From positions 681,449 through 745,448 of the forward strand of contig CAVSGP010000009.1 of NCBI GenBank assembly GCA_963727505.1: a stretch of 64,000 nucleotides of DNA, read 5' to 3'. A program made the position numbers and the translations under genes. Under the pieces are notes generated by a model that was given only the letters and a program-made list of their open reading frames with translations, searched no databases and was not told the DNA's origin. Shown here piece by piece: positions 10,825-23,806 of the stretch (its first letter is position 1; each line of letters opens with the position of its first letter). Source of the DNA: an uncultured Trueperaceae bacterium (lineage in GTDB: Bacteria; Deinococcota; Deinococci; Deinococcales; Trueperaceae).

Positions 10825-13017
10825 TCAGGCCGTGCGCCTCCGTGTGCGGCGGGCGCGCTTCTGCTGCTGCATCTTGAACCACACCACCATGGGCGACAGG
10901 ATGAAGATGCTCGAGTAGGTGCCGAAGCCGATGCCGATGAGCAACGCGATGCTGAAGCCCCGGAGCACGCTGCCGCCGAACAGCAGCAGCGCGAGGACGG
11001 GCAGCAGCGTGGTGCCCGAGGTCGCCACGGTCCGCGACAGCGTCTGGTTCACGGCCAGGTCGACGACCTCGGCGTAGCTGCGGTCGCGCACCTTGCGGAG
11101 GTTCTCGCGGATGCGGTCGGCGATGATGATGGAGTCGTTGAGAGAATAGCCGACGACGAAGAGCACCGCGGCCAGCACCGGGATGCTGAAGGTCACGTTG
11201 AACAGGTCGAGCGCGCCCAGCACGATGCCGGCGTCGTGGATGGTGGCGATGATGGCGGCCACCGCCACGATCCAGTTGGGCCAGAAGCGCCACGCCACAT
11301 AGAGCAGGATCAGGCCAAGGGCGACGAGCACCGCCATGATGGCCGCCTGCCGCAGGTCCGCCCCGACGGCGGGGCCGACGTAATTGGCCTGCAGCAGCTG
11401 GCCGTTCAGCTTGGCGGTGAGATCGTTCGCGAACTGGTCGGCGCTCTGCTGACCGGTCTCGTTCAGGCCGACGCGGATCGACATGGGGTTGCCCTGCAGG
11501 GTGTTGTCGATCACCTTGACGACGGTGGCGTTCTTGCCGGTGATGCCGGGATAGTTCAGGTCGGTGATGGCCGAGCGCACGTCGGCAACGGTGGTCCCGT
11601 CGGGAACGTCGACGAGGACGTTGGTGCCGCCGGTGAAGTCGGTGGAGAGCTTCAGGCCTTCGATGGAGACGATGGCGATGGAGGCGATCGCGAGCAGCCC
11701 GGAGACGCTCATGATGACCGGCGCCTTGCTGACGAAGCGCACGCCCTCGACGAAGAAGCCCTTCCAGAGGTAGGTGCGCTTGCTCTTGCGGGCGGTGATG
11801 AGGTCGAGGATGAACGGCACCACCACGACGTTCACGAACACCGAGGCGATGATGCCGATGGCCAGGGTGATGGCGAAACCGCGTACCGGCCCGGTCGTGT
11901 ACTGGTAGAGCGCGGCGGCGGCCAGCAGCGTGGTGACGTTGGCGTCGATGATGGCCGACAGCGAGTTGCCGAAGCCGGTCTTCATCGCCAGGCGGATCGA
12001 CTTGCCCGCCCGCAGCTCCTCACGGATGCGCTCGAAGCTGATGACGTTGCCGTCGACCGCGGCGCCGATGGTGAGCACCAGGCCGGCCAGGCCCGGAAGC
12101 GTGAGCGCCGCATGGAGGGCGGCCAGGGTGCCGAAGATGAACAGCATGGCGAGCCCGAGGCCGAAGGTGAGGACGCCTCCGAAGACCAGGCCGTAATAGC
12201 CGATGACCGCCGCCACGACCGCAGCGCCGCCGATGAACGCGGCGATCTTGCCGGCGTTGATGCTGTCCTGACCGAGCGTCGGGCCGATGGAGCGGATCTC
12301 CTCGACGTGGAGGCTGATCGGGAGGCTCCCCGAGCGCAACACCAGCGAGATGTTGCTGGCTTCCTCCAGCGAGTTGATGCCGGTGATCTGCCCCGAGTCG
12401 GAGATGCGCGACTGTAGCGTGGGGGCCGTGATGATCTTTCCGTCCAGCACGATCGCCATGCGCCGCCCGACGTTACCGCCGGTGAAGTCGCCGAACTTGC
12501 CGGCGTCCTTGGCCTTGATGTTGAAGAACACGGCGGGCCCCATGGTCGAGCCGCCCACGCGTTGGAAGTCGGCGCGGGCGGTGCTGATGATCTCGCCCGT
12601 GAACGCGGGCTTCTCGAGGTCGTCGAGCGTCATCTGGGCGGTGGTCTTGTTCTGCGCCGACGGTTTGACGAGCTGGAAGTAGAGCTTGGCCTGCTGGCCG
12701 ATGAGTGAGAGGGCGCGCTTCTGGTCCGCCGCCGTCAGGCCGGGCAGCTCCACCACGATGCGGTTCTTGCCCGAGGTGGTGATGAGCGGCTCCGAGACGC
12801 CGAACTGGTTGACGCGGTTCTCGATGACGTTGCGGGCGGTCGCCAGGTCTTGCGTGGAGGGGTTGGCGGTGTTCGACTGCAGCACCACGCGCAGGCCGCC
12901 CTGCAGGTCGAGGCCGAGCTTGAGCGGGGCCGTCGCGCTCCAAGGTTGCCACAGGTACAAGATCGACGCGATGATCGCTGCCAGCACGACGGCGCCGGTG
13001 AAGGTCCTTCGGTTCAC
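10825..13017 (-). CDS. secDF: Fused protein translocase subunit SecDF
   Basis: LGLDLQGG, IENRVNQFGVSEP, IGAAVDGNVISFERIREE, DFTGG and GYSLNDSIIIADRIREN motifs; SD AGGAG before GTG. Confidence 0.96.
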   Translation of the reverse strand: MNRRTFTGAVVLAAIIASILYLWQPWSATAPLKLGLDLQGGLRVVLQSNTANPSTQDLATARNVIENRVNQFGVSEPLITTSGKNRIVVELPGLTAADQKRALSLIGQQAKLYFQLVKPSAQNKTTAQMTLDDLEKPAFTGEIISTARADFQRVGGSTMGPAVFFNIKAKDAGKFGDFTGGNVGRRMAIVLDGKIITAPTLQSRISDSGQITGINSLEEASNISLVLRSGSLPISLHVEEIRSIGPTLGQDSINAGKIAAFIGGAAVVAAVIGYYGLVFGGVLTFGLGLAMLFIFGTLAALHAALTLPGLAGLVLTIGAAVDGNVISFERIREELRAGKSIRLAMKTGFGNSLSAIIDANVTTLLAAAALYQYTTGPVRGFAITLAIGIIASVFVNVVVVPFILDLITARKSKRTYLWKGFFVEGVRFVSKAPVIMSVSGLLAIASIAIVSIEGLKLSTDFTGGTNVLVDVPDGTTVADVRSAITDLNYPGITGKNATVVKVIDNTLQGNPMSIRVGLNETGQQSADQFANDLTAKLNGQLLQANYVGPAVGADLRQAAIMAVLVALGLILLYVAWRFWPNWIVAVAAIIATIHDAGIVLGALDLFNVTFSIPVLAAVLFVVGYSLNDSIIIADRIRENLRKVRDRSYAEVVDLAVNQTLSRTVATSGTTLLPVLALLLFGGSVLRGFSIALLIGIGFGTYSSIFILSPMVVWFKMQQQKRARRTRRRTA

Positions 13018-13111
13018 GGGGGACTCCTAAGACGGGGTTTCGGGGGCTCGAAGGGGAGGGGCGCGGCGACGCATCGCTGCCGCGGCCCGCGGGGCACGGG
13101 GGATCCGGCCC

Positions 13112-13465
13112 TCATCCGCCTTCCAGCTGGAGCCGTCCGTACGCCGTCAACAGCGCCGTAGGGGCCGGTCCGGCGGTGTCACGACGCGCCGCGCGCAACG
13201 CCGCGTTCGGATCGGGGACCGGAAGCGCAGCGCGACCCGGCAGGACCGGCAGGCGCAGCGTTCCCGTGGCGCCACCGGGGGCGGTGAGACGGGCACCCGT
13301 CTCCAGCATGAGCGGGGCGCGGCTCCCCATCCCGGCACCGGCAGTCGACGGATCGTGTGCGGCCGCCGCCAGACGCTGGAGGGGGATGGCCGCCAGCGTC
13401 ACGGCGAGCGCCAGGCTCAATACGAGCCCGCGTCGGCGCCGGAGGGTCGTCAGGGCGGCCTGCAC
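13112..13465 (-). CDS. Secreted or membrane-targeted uORF of secDF, candidate translation-arrest (monitoring) peptide
   Basis: Leaderless: TAGAAT lies 7 nt before GTG. RRRR plus a hydrophobic signal/TM segment, then a low-complexity linker and C-terminus YGRLQLEGG-stop; 94 nt upstream of secDF on the same strand. Confidence 0.7.
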   Translation of the reverse strand: MQAALTTLRRRRGLVLSLALAVTLAAIPLQRLAAAAHDPSTAGAGMGSRAPLMLETGARLTAPGGATGTLRLPVLPGRAALPVPDPNAALRAARRDTAGPAPTALLTAYGRLQLEGG

Positions 13466-13533
13466 GCCCGCTATTCTAGCGCGCGTCGCTGGGCGAGGTA
13501 CCGGGCCCGCCGTGCGAGGCCAGGCCCCACGAG

Positions 13534-13571
13534 CGTCGCCCCGGGCGCATGCGGTTGCGCCCGGGGCGACG
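13534..13571 (-). terminator. Strong GC hairpin downstream of infB (no U-tract)
   Basis: Perfect 16-bp inverted repeat CGTCGCCCCGGGCGCA / TGCGCCCGGGGCGACG. Confidence 0.45.
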
Positions 13572-13610
13572 GCACCGGAAGGGTGGGTGGAGGCGGGTGG
13601 GGAGCCGAGC

Positions 13611-15431
13611 TCAGGCCGGCGTCACCTCGACCATCTCGTAGGCCACGATGACGTCCCCCTCCTGGACGTTGTCGTAGTTCTGCAGGTTGATGCCGCACTC
13701 GAAGCCGGAGGCCACCTCGCGCACGTCGTCCTTGAAGCGCCGCAGCTGCGCGACGGAGCCCTTGTAGACCTCCTTGCCACCACGCGTCAGGCGGGCCTTG
13801 GAGCCACGCCGGATCAGGCCGTCGGTGACGTAGGAGCCTGCGATGTTGCCGCTTCGGGGCACCCGGATGACGGCGCGCACCTCGGCGTGACCGATGACCC
13901 GCTCCTCGAATTCCGGCTCGATCTGGCCGCGGATCATGCGCTGCACGTCCTCGATGAGCTCGTAGATGATCTTGTAGCTCTTGATCGCGACCTTCTGCCG
14001 CTCGGCCGACTTCTTCACGCTACCGGGCGGATTCACGCCGAAGGTGATGACCGTGGCGTCGGCCGTGCTGGCCAGCAGCAGGTCGGACTCGGTGGGCGCG
14101 CCCACTTCGGCCAGCATGATCTCGAGCTCGACCTCGTCGGTGGCTTCCGCCTCCCGCGCGAGAACGCCCTTGATCGCCTCCAACGAACCCTGTGCATCCG
14201 CCCGCAGGACCAGGTTGATGACCTTCTTGGTGGGTTTGCCGAACAGGTCGGCGAGGGTCAGACCCTTGCGGCCGATGGACTCCAGCTCGGTTTCCTTGCG
14301 CTGGTCGCGCCGCTGGCCCGCGAGCTGCTTTGCCGTCTGTTCGTCCGCCGCCGCCTCCACCAGGTCCCCGGCGTTCGGCTGCTCGGAGAAGCCGAGGATC
14401 TGAACAGGGGCCGACGGCCCGGCCGCATCGACGATCGTGCCGGTGTGATCGGTGAGACGGCGGACCTTGGCCCACGCCTCGCCCGACACGATGTAGTCGG
14501 CGACGCGTAGGGTGCCTTCCTGCACCAGCACGGTCGCCAGCACACCTGCGCGCTTGTCGAGCACCGACTCGATCACGATCCCCTTGGCGGGCCCGTCCGA
14601 GGTCGCACGCAGCTCCTCGACTTCGGCAACCAGCGAGATCATCTCCAGCAGATCGTCGACGCCGTCGCCCGTCTTGGCGCTGATCTCGACCACGATGGTG
14701 TCCCCTCCGAAGTCTTCGGGGACGAGCTCGACCTGCATCAGGTCCCGCTTGACCTTCTCCGGGTCGGACTGGGGCAGGTCGCACTTGTTGATCGCCACGA
14801 TGATCGGCACCTTGGCGGCCTTGGCGTGGGCGATGGCCTCGCGCGACTGCGGCATGATGCTGTCGTCGGCAGCAACCACGATCACGGCGATGTCGGTGGC
14901 GTTGGTACCGCGCTGTCGAATGGACGTGAAGGCTTCGTGCCCCGGTGTGTCCAGGAAGGTCACCAGCCCGCCCTTGGTCTCGGCCTGATAGGCGCCGATG
15001 TGCTGGGTGATGCCCCCGGCTTCACCTTCGGCCACTTTGGTGTGCCGGATGTAGTCGAGCAGAGTGGTCTTGCCGTGGTCGACATGACCCATCACCGTCA
15101 CGACCGGCGCCCGCAGAGGAGCGTCGGCGGTCGCAGCCTTGGCCTCGTCGGCCTTCGGCTTGGGTTTGGGCTTCGTCGCCGTGGCCGTGGCGCCGCCGGA
15201 CGCGGGCTCTGCGGCCTTCGCCGGAGCCGCGGGCCGGTCGGCGGTCACGGGGGCGGGCTCGTCACCGTGGTCGCTCTCGACCAGTTGCCGCACCGTGTCC
15301 GCTACGTCGTGCTCGAGAGTGCTCGAGTGCGACTTGTATTCCACGCCCATCTCGTCGAGGATCGCCAGCATCTCCTTGGTCTCGATGCCGAGGTCCTTCG
15401 CCAGCTGATAGATCCGTACCTTATCGGACAT
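13611..15431 (-). CDS. infB: Translation initiation factor IF-2 (short form)
   Basis: [13 protein letters not shown]-domain; [24 protein letters not shown] and [18 protein letters not shown] motifs. Confidence 0.98.
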   Translation of the reverse strand: MSDKVRIYQLAKDLGIETKEMLAILDEMGVEYKSHSSTLEHDVADTVRQLVESDHGDEPAPVTADRPAAPAKAAEPASGGATATATKPKPKPKADEAKAATADAPLRAPVVTVMGHVDHGKTTLLDYIRHTKVAEGEAGGITQHIGAYQAETKGGLVTFLDTPGHEAFTSIRQRGTNATDIAVIVVAADDSIMPQSREAIAHAKAAKVPIIVAINKCDLPQSDPEKVKRDLMQVELVPEDFGGDTIVVEISAKTGDGVDDLLEMISLVAEVEELRATSDGPAKGIVIESVLDKRAGVLATVLVQEGTLRVADYIVSGEAWAKVRRLTDHTGTIVDAAGPSAPVQILGFSEQPNAGDLVEAAADEQTAKQLAGQRRDQRKETELESIGRKGLTLADLFGKPTKKVINLVLRADAQGSLEAIKGVLAREAEATDEVELEIMLAEVGAPTESDLLLASTADATVITFGVNPPGSVKKSAERQKVAIKSYKIIYELIEDVQRMIRGQIEPEFEERVIGHAEVRAVIRVPRSGNIAGSYVTDGLIRRGSKARLTRGGKEVYKGSVAQLRRFKDDVREVASGFECGINLQNYDNVQEGDVIVAYEMVEVTPA

Positions 15432-15747
15432 TCATGCCTCCGTCCCGATGCCTAGCTCGAGGAGTGCCGCCGGCCGTCTCGGAGGCCAGAGCCTCGGAGA
15501 CGGCTGCGAGCAGTGTGCGGACGTGCCCCGCCTGGCCTCGAAAGGCCTGCTTGAGGCGCTTCTCCGCAGGATCGCCGGCGCAGCGCCGGCACACCCAGGT
15601 GCCGCGCCCCCCGGCGCGGCCTTCCGGGTCGAGCGCGAACCGGCCGTCGACGTCCCGCACGAGGCGCACCAGCTCCGCCTTGGGCAGCGATGCGCGACAC
15701 ATCACGCAGCGCCTCAGGGGCACGTGTTTTCCGGTCGAGCCCGCCAT
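15421..15747 (-). CDS. ylxR: YlxR/RnpM family RNA-binding protein
   Basis: PLRRCVMCR...ELVRLV...GRGTWVC motif; sits between nusA and infB. Confidence 0.9.
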   Translation of the reverse strand: MAGSTGKHVPLRRCVMCRASLPKAELVRLVRDVDGRFALDPEGRAGGRGTWVCRRCAGDPAEKRLKQAFRGQAGHVRTLLAAVSEALASETAGGTPRARHRDGGMNVR

Positions 15748-15749
15748 GC

Positions 15750-17081
15750 CTAGGAGATCCGCTCCTCTTCCGTCGCTTCGTCGGCCTCGGGTTCGGAAGC
15801 CGTAGGCTCCGCGCCCCCGGCTTCGCCAGCGGCCGCGTCCGAGGTCTCGGCGTCGCCTTCCGTATCGGCGGAGGCGGCTTCGTCCTCGCCCGAAGCCGCG
15901 GCTTCGTCGCCGGACTCCGGGGCGGCCTCACTCGGCTCCGGATCGGGCGAGGCGCTGAACAACGCATCGAACGCCGCATGGCCGCGGTCGACGCCGCCAA
16001 CATCGTCCATGCGGGAGGCGGCAGCTTGCATGGCGGCATCCAGATCGCTGATCGACTCCGACGACACCAGATCGATCTTGAAGCCCGTGAGCTTGGCGGC
16101 CAGCCGCACGTTCTGGCCCCCCTTGCCGATCGCCAGCGAGAGTTGATCGCTGCCGACCGTAACGCGCGTCTGCTTCTCGTCGAGGTCGAGCTCGATCGTG
16201 CCGACCTTGGCGGGGGAGAGCGCGTTGCGGATGAACTCGCGCGCGTTGGGGTCCCACATGATGATATCGACGCGCTCGCGCTGCAGCTCCGCCGTGACGG
16301 CCTGGATGCGGCTCCCGCGGTGCCCGATACAGGCGCCGATGGGGTCGACGTTCGGATTGGTGCTGGTGACCGCCACCTTCGAGCGCTGTCCGGCCTCGCG
16401 CGCCACCGCCTTGATCTCGACCGTACCGTCGGCCACCTCGGGGATCTCCTGGCGCATCAGGTACTCGAGGAGCTGAGGTGCGGCACGGGACACCAGGATG
16501 CTGGGCCCGCGCGTGGAGAGCTCGACCTTCTCGACGTAGACCTTGACGCGCATCCCGACCATGTAGCGCTCGCCGTGGATCTGTTCGCGTGGCGGCATGA
16601 TGGCTTCCCCACGGCCGAGATCGACGAAGACGTTGCGCTTGTTGTCGGTGCGCGAGACCACGCCGGTGATGATGTCGCCGGCACGGTCCTTGTACTCCTC
16701 GAAGACGATGGCCCGCTCCGCTTCACGGATCTTCTGGGTGATGACCTGCTTGGTCGTCTGCACCGCGATGCGGGTGAACTTCTCGGGATCGGTGGGGAAC
16801 TCCATCTCCATCCCGACCTCGACGCTGTCGTCGAGGTCCAACCCCTCGGTCAGCGCGATCTCCTTGTCCTCGTCCTCCACCTCTTCGACCACACGGCGGA
16901 TGATCAGAACCTCCATCTCGCCGGAGTCGGGGTCCAAGCTGACCTCGATCTGCTTGCCCGGCATCACGTTGCGCTCGAAAGCCTGCTCGAGGGCCTCCTC
17001 GAGGCTCCCGAGCAACTGCTCCTTGTCCAGGTTCCGCTCCGCTGCAAGCATGTTCAGAGCGTCCACGAATTCCTTGTTCAT
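15750..17081 (-). CDS. nusA: Transcription termination/antitermination factor NusA
   Basis: KQVITQKIREAER, AREAGQRSKVAV, DPIGACIG and LSLAIGKGGQNVRLAAKLTG motifs; acidic C-terminal tail. Confidence 0.97.
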   Translation of the reverse strand: MNKEFVDALNMLAAERNLDKEQLLGSLEEALEQAFERNVMPGKQIEVSLDPDSGEMEVLIIRRVVEEVEDEDKEIALTEGLDLDDSVEVGMEMEFPTDPEKFTRIAVQTTKQVITQKIREAERAIVFEEYKDRAGDIITGVVSRTDNKRNVFVDLGRGEAIMPPREQIHGERYMVGMRVKVYVEKVELSTRGPSILVSRAAPQLLEYLMRQEIPEVADGTVEIKAVAREAGQRSKVAVTSTNPNVDPIGACIGHRGSRIQAVTAELQRERVDIIMWDPNAREFIRNALSPAKVGTIELDLDEKQTRVTVGSDQLSLAIGKGGQNVRLAAKLTGFKIDLVSSESISDLDAAMQAAASRMDDVGGVDRGHAAFDALFSASPDPEPSEAAPESGDEAAASGEDEAASADTEGDAETSDAAAGEAGGAEPTASEPEADEATEEERIS

Positions 17082-17154
17082 CCCTAACCACCTCTATTCG
17101 GTTGTGGGTCGCCACCCGTGAGCGCCGTGCGCGACGGCTCGGCGACGACCTGCC

Positions 17155-17598
17155 CTAGCGCGGCTCGTCCGGCCATTCGGCCAGACGAGCGATGTGGATG
17201 CCATCGAGGCGCACCTCCCGACGCTCGCCGTCGATCTCGAAGACGACGGACGCATCGGAGACCTCCCGAATCCGGCCGGTGAAGGTCTCGCCCTCGACCC
17301 GCACTTTCGCCAGCAGGTCGTGGAAGCGCTCGAAGTGGCGCGCCCTCCGGAGCGGACGCTTGGGTCCCGGCGACTCGACGTCGAACCGGTAGGGACCGTC
17401 GAACGGATCGAGGCGGTCGAGCTCCAGCCCGAACACCTCCGCCGCCTTGGCGACGTCGTCGACGGTGACCCCCTGCTCGTCGAGGCGATCGATGCGCAGC
17501 AGCACCCGCCGTTCGCGGCCGGTTCCGCTGACCTTGCACTCCAGGACCTCGAACCCGAGTGGCGCCAGCACCTCTTCTGCCGCTTGCGCCAGTTCCAT
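17155..17598 (-). CDS. rimP: Ribosome maturation factor RimP
   Basis: ATG 17598 after SD GGAGG; LRIDR...VTVDD...YRFDVESPGPKRPL; first gene of rimP-nusA-ylxR-infB. Confidence 0.93.
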   Translation of the reverse strand: MELAQAAEEVLAPLGFEVLECKVSGTGRERRVLLRIDRLDEQGVTVDDVAKAAEVFGLELDRLDPFDGPYRFDVESPGPKRPLRRARHFERFHDLLAKVRVEGETFTGRIREVSDASVVFEIDGERREVRLDGIHIARLAEWPDEPR

Positions 17599-17618
17599 GC
17601 ATCCTCCTGCCACCGTCC

Positions 17619-17652
17619 CAACAAAACCGGGTGGGCCCAGCGAACCCACCCG
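17619..17652 (-). promoter_or_regulatory. rimP leader attenuator (premature intrinsic terminator)
   Basis: Minus strand CGGGTGGG-TTCGCTGGG-CCCACCCG followed by GTTTTGTT, between the promoter and the rimP SD. Confidence 0.7.
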
Positions 17653-17681
17653 AGCAAACGCCGGGACGTTGTCCGGGCCGG

Positions 17682-17711
17682 AGTATACCCCGCCCGGCAC
17701 CCCCACTTCAA
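17682..17711 (-). promoter_or_regulatory. Sigma70-type promoter of the rimP operon
   Basis: TTGAAG-N18-TATACT on the minus strand. Confidence 0.6.
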
Positions 17712-17766
17712 CCGGCGCCGAACGGGCGGAAGCGGCTGCCGGACGTTGGTCTGTGAAGCGCTCGAC

Positions 17767-17795
17767 TTTACAGTCGGGCAAGCCTCCTGTACACT
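17767..17795 (+). promoter_or_regulatory. Sigma70-type promoter for the aminotransferase leader
   Basis: TTTACA-N17-TACACT. Confidence 0.7.
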
Positions 17796-17803
17796 CGCCC
17801 ACG

Positions 17804-17833
17804 ATGCGGACGGTACCCGCGCGAGCTTCCTGA
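17804..17833 (+). CDS. Putative leaderless leader peptide MRTVPARAS
   Basis: ATG 8 nt after the -10 box; followed by two hairpins, the second terminator-like (17878-17919). Confidence 0.45.
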   Translation: MRTVPARAS

Positions 17834-17962
17834 CGGCGACGATCGCCGGCCCTTCGCGGCCGGGGGGCGTCGCATGTACGAGACCCGCCAAGGCATGGTG
17901 AGGTCTCGTTCCTTGTGTTAGGGCAGGGAAGAGGAGCCGCCGCACCGCGTTGGAGGAGTGCC

Positions 17963-19123
17963 ATGATGCCGAACGACGACGTACTGCTGCTCACCCCCGG
18001 GCCCACCCCGATCCATCCGCGGGCCCAGGCCGCGTTGAGCTGGCCGATGCGGGGCCACATGGATCCCGAGGTCTTCGCCTACAACGATCGCATCGTGGCC
18101 GACCTTCGGCGTCTGTACGGCACCGCGCCCGGCGCGTTCACCAGCCTGCTGTCGGGGACCGGGTCGCTGGGCATGGAGGCGGGGCTCGCCAACCTGCTCG
18201 AGCCCGGCGAGCGCGTGCTCGTCCTGTCCAACGGCGCCTTCGGCGAACGCATGATCGACATGGCGGCGCGTCTGTCGCTCGATGTACACGCCCTGCGCAC
18301 GGAGCCCGGCACCCCCGTCGACGTGGAAGAGGCGGCGCGGGCGGCCCATGCGCTGCACCCGGCGCTCATCGCCGTCGTCCACGGCGAGACCAGTACCGGC
18401 GTACTCAACCCCGTGCCCGAGCTCGGCGCCGTGGCGCGCGACGCCGGCGCGCTGTTCAGCGTCGACGCCGTGACGACCGTTGGCATGATGCCGTTCGCCA
18501 TGCAGGCGTGGGGGATCGACTACGCCTACACCGGTTCCCAGAAGTGCCTGTCGGCTCCTCCCGGAGTGGCGCCGGTTGCCTTCTCCGAGCGCGCCATGGA
18601 GCGCGTGGAGCGCCGCAGCGTCCCGGTTGCGACCTGGTATGCCGACGCCGTCGGCATGCGTCGCTACTGGGAGCCCGGCGAGTCCGGGCGTCAGTACCAC
18701 CACACGGTCCCCGTCCAGCTCCACTGGGCTCTGGGGGAGGCCCTGTCGGCGGCTCTGGAAGAGGGCCTCGAGGTCCGCGCGGAGCGGGCCCGCCGGGTGG
18801 GCGAGGCTGCGCTGTCCGCGCTCGCGAGCGTCGGTTTCGAAGCATACGTTCCGGTCCGCCACCGTCTTCCCACGGTGCTGGCGGTCGTGCCGCCGGCAGG
18901 CATCGATGAGGCCGCGGTGCGCGCCACGCTGCGCCGGGACCACGGCGTCACGGTTGCCGGTGGTCTGGGGCCGACGGCAGGTCGGGTGTGGCGGCTGGGC
19001 CTCATGGGGGAGAACGCGCGCGACGAACACTACGAGCGCTTCTTCGGCGCCCTGGAAGCGGTGCTGGACGAACGCGGTCTGGCGGAGCGCTTCCGCGGAG
19101 CCCGGCAGCTCGCCGCCGCCTGA
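17963..19123 (+). CDS. Class V PLP aminotransferase (alanine-glyoxylate / serine-pyruvate family)
   Basis: [28 protein letters not shown] and [12 protein letters not shown] (PLP Lys) motifs; SD GGAGG. Confidence 0.92.
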   Translation: MMPNDDVLLLTPGPTPIHPRAQAALSWPMRGHMDPEVFAYNDRIVADLRRLYGTAPGAFTSLLSGTGSLGMEAGLANLLEPGERVLVLSNGAFGERMIDMAARLSLDVHALRTEPGTPVDVEEAARAAHALHPALIAVVHGETSTGVLNPVPELGAVARDAGALFSVDAVTTVGMMPFAMQAWGIDYAYTGSQKCLSAPPGVAPVAFSERAMERVERRSVPVATWYADAVGMRRYWEPGESGRQYHHTVPVQLHWALGEALSAALEEGLEVRAERARRVGEAALSALASVGFEAYVPVRHRLPTVLAVVPPAGIDEAAVRATLRRDHGVTVAGGLGPTAGRVWRLGLMGENARDEHYERFFGALEAVLDERGLAERFRGARQLAAA

Positions 19124-19164
19124 GGCGAGCGGGTGGCCGCCCGCCGGCGGGCTAGCCTGAAGGC

Positions 19165-19719
19165 ATGGACGAGCGACTGCGCAGACACACCCCGAGCGCC
19201 GCGCTGCGTCGGCGCGCCGAGGCCGAAGGCATCGACCTGGAGATCCTGAAACGCGACGCGCCCGCTGACTACATGGCGCTTGCGGCCGGCGAGGTGCTGC
19301 GTGTCGACCCGGAGCTCGCGGAGCTGGCGGGCGGCATGTTGCTGATGGCCTTCCCGGAGCGCGAGGCGTTCCGCGCCCCCGACGGTCGCCGCGAGAGGCT
19401 GCTGGTCTTCCCGGCGCTTTCGGCCGAGGAGCTCGAACGACTCGATGGGCTTCTGGCTCCGCTGGTCGACCGACCTGCGTGGCGTCGGCGCCACGCGTTC
19501 TTCAGGCAGGTCGACGACGCTCGTGGGACCCGCCGGGAGCTCGACCTGCCCCAGCAGCCCGACGCCTACGAGAAGGGCGACGCCGTGGTCGGCCCTTTCG
19601 CCGACGAGGACGCAGCCGACGCCTGGGGCCGGGCGCAGGTGCGGCCCCCTCTCGTGCACGATCCCTTCTCCATGAACGGGCACTGGTTCTGCGACGTGTT
19701 CCGTGCCGACGAGGCGTGA
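19165..19719 (+). CDS. Hypothetical protein (leaderless)
   Basis: TAGCCT 6 nt before ATG; typical codon usage; fills the gap between genes. Confidence 0.7.
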   Translation: MDERLRRHTPSAALRRRAEAEGIDLEILKRDAPADYMALAAGEVLRVDPELAELAGGMLLMAFPEREAFRAPDGRRERLLVFPALSAEELERLDGLLAPLVDRPAWRRRHAFFRQVDDARGTRRELDLPQQPDAYEKGDAVVGPFADEDAADAWGRAQVRPPLVHDPFSMNGHWFCDVFRADEA

Positions 19720-19732
19720 AGCGGCGTTCGCG

Positions 19733-19761
19733 TTGACACCCGGGGGAGCGAGGGCTAGACT
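19733..19761 (+). promoter_or_regulatory. Sigma70-type promoter of pheST
   Basis: TTGACA-N17-TAGACT. Confidence 0.85.
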
Positions 19762-19768
19762 CCCAAGC

Positions 19769-19804
19769 ATGAGAAACCGGGCGGTTTCCGCCTTTACCCG
19801 TTGA
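19769..19804 (+). CDS. Putative pheST leader peptide MRNRAVSAFTR
   Basis: Leaderless ATG 7 nt after the -10 box; one Phe codon (TTT); followed by an intrinsic terminator before pheS. Confidence 0.6.
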   Translation: MRNRAVSAFTR

Positions 19805-19830
19805 GCGTGGGACGTCGTCCTGCGCTGTGA

Positions 19831-23215
<3,385 letters not shown>

Positions 23216-23219
<4 letters not shown>

Positions 23220-23755
23220 GCTGGCTCGATCTGGTCCTGGTGGCGGTCGTGGCCGCCGTGACCGCCTTGGGTGCCCACCGCCGACTGTCGGGCTTCTTCG
23301 TCGGTCTCGGGGGCGTGCTGCTGCTGCGCCCTCTGCTCGAGCTGGCGCATGCGAACCCGTTCCTCGCCCTGGTCGCCGCGCTTCTCGCCGGGCTCGGTTT
23401 GAGCATGCTCGGCCGGCGGTTGTTCCAGCAGAACCGTGGCTCCGCTGGCTTGATGCGCGCGCTCGGCGGTTTCGGGGGGCTCGCGCTCGGCCTGGCCCTG
23501 ATGCTCTCGCTGGTGACCTCGCTCCCGATCCAGCGCAACCCGGCCAACCCCAGCGAGCTCTTCTACCCGCCGCGGAACCTTCCTTCGCCGATCTCCAGCG
23601 CTGTGCTGGATTCGCGTTTGGTCCTTCTGGGACGTGATATTCTGTTCTATCCCTTGCTGCACAAGCAGGGGAGTGTGGACGCGGGCCAGCAGCGGCTCAT
23701 GCGCGGGTTGCACCGGCTGTTCGTGGTCGGAGAGCCGTGGAACGAGACCCTGTAG
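23216..23755 (+). CDS. CvpA-like membrane protein
   Basis: Starts MSWLDLV; about four TM helices with a RALGG..G pattern; ATGA overlap with pheT. Confidence 0.65.
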
Positions 23756-23806
23756 AGCGCCGGCGAGAGTAGGAGGGCCAGGGGCTTCCACACAGGACGT
23801 CGAGGA

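Noticed and set aside
13112..13465. Canonical RAPP or RAGP arrest motif in the secDF uORF
   Set aside because: Only SRAPL (mid-protein) and TAGP are present; neither is the full motif, so it was not assigned to ApdA/ApdP/SecM.
17796..17962. Glycine riboswitch upstream of the aminotransferase
   Set aside because: The GGAGA...CCGAAG...CTCAGG aptamer motifs are absent.
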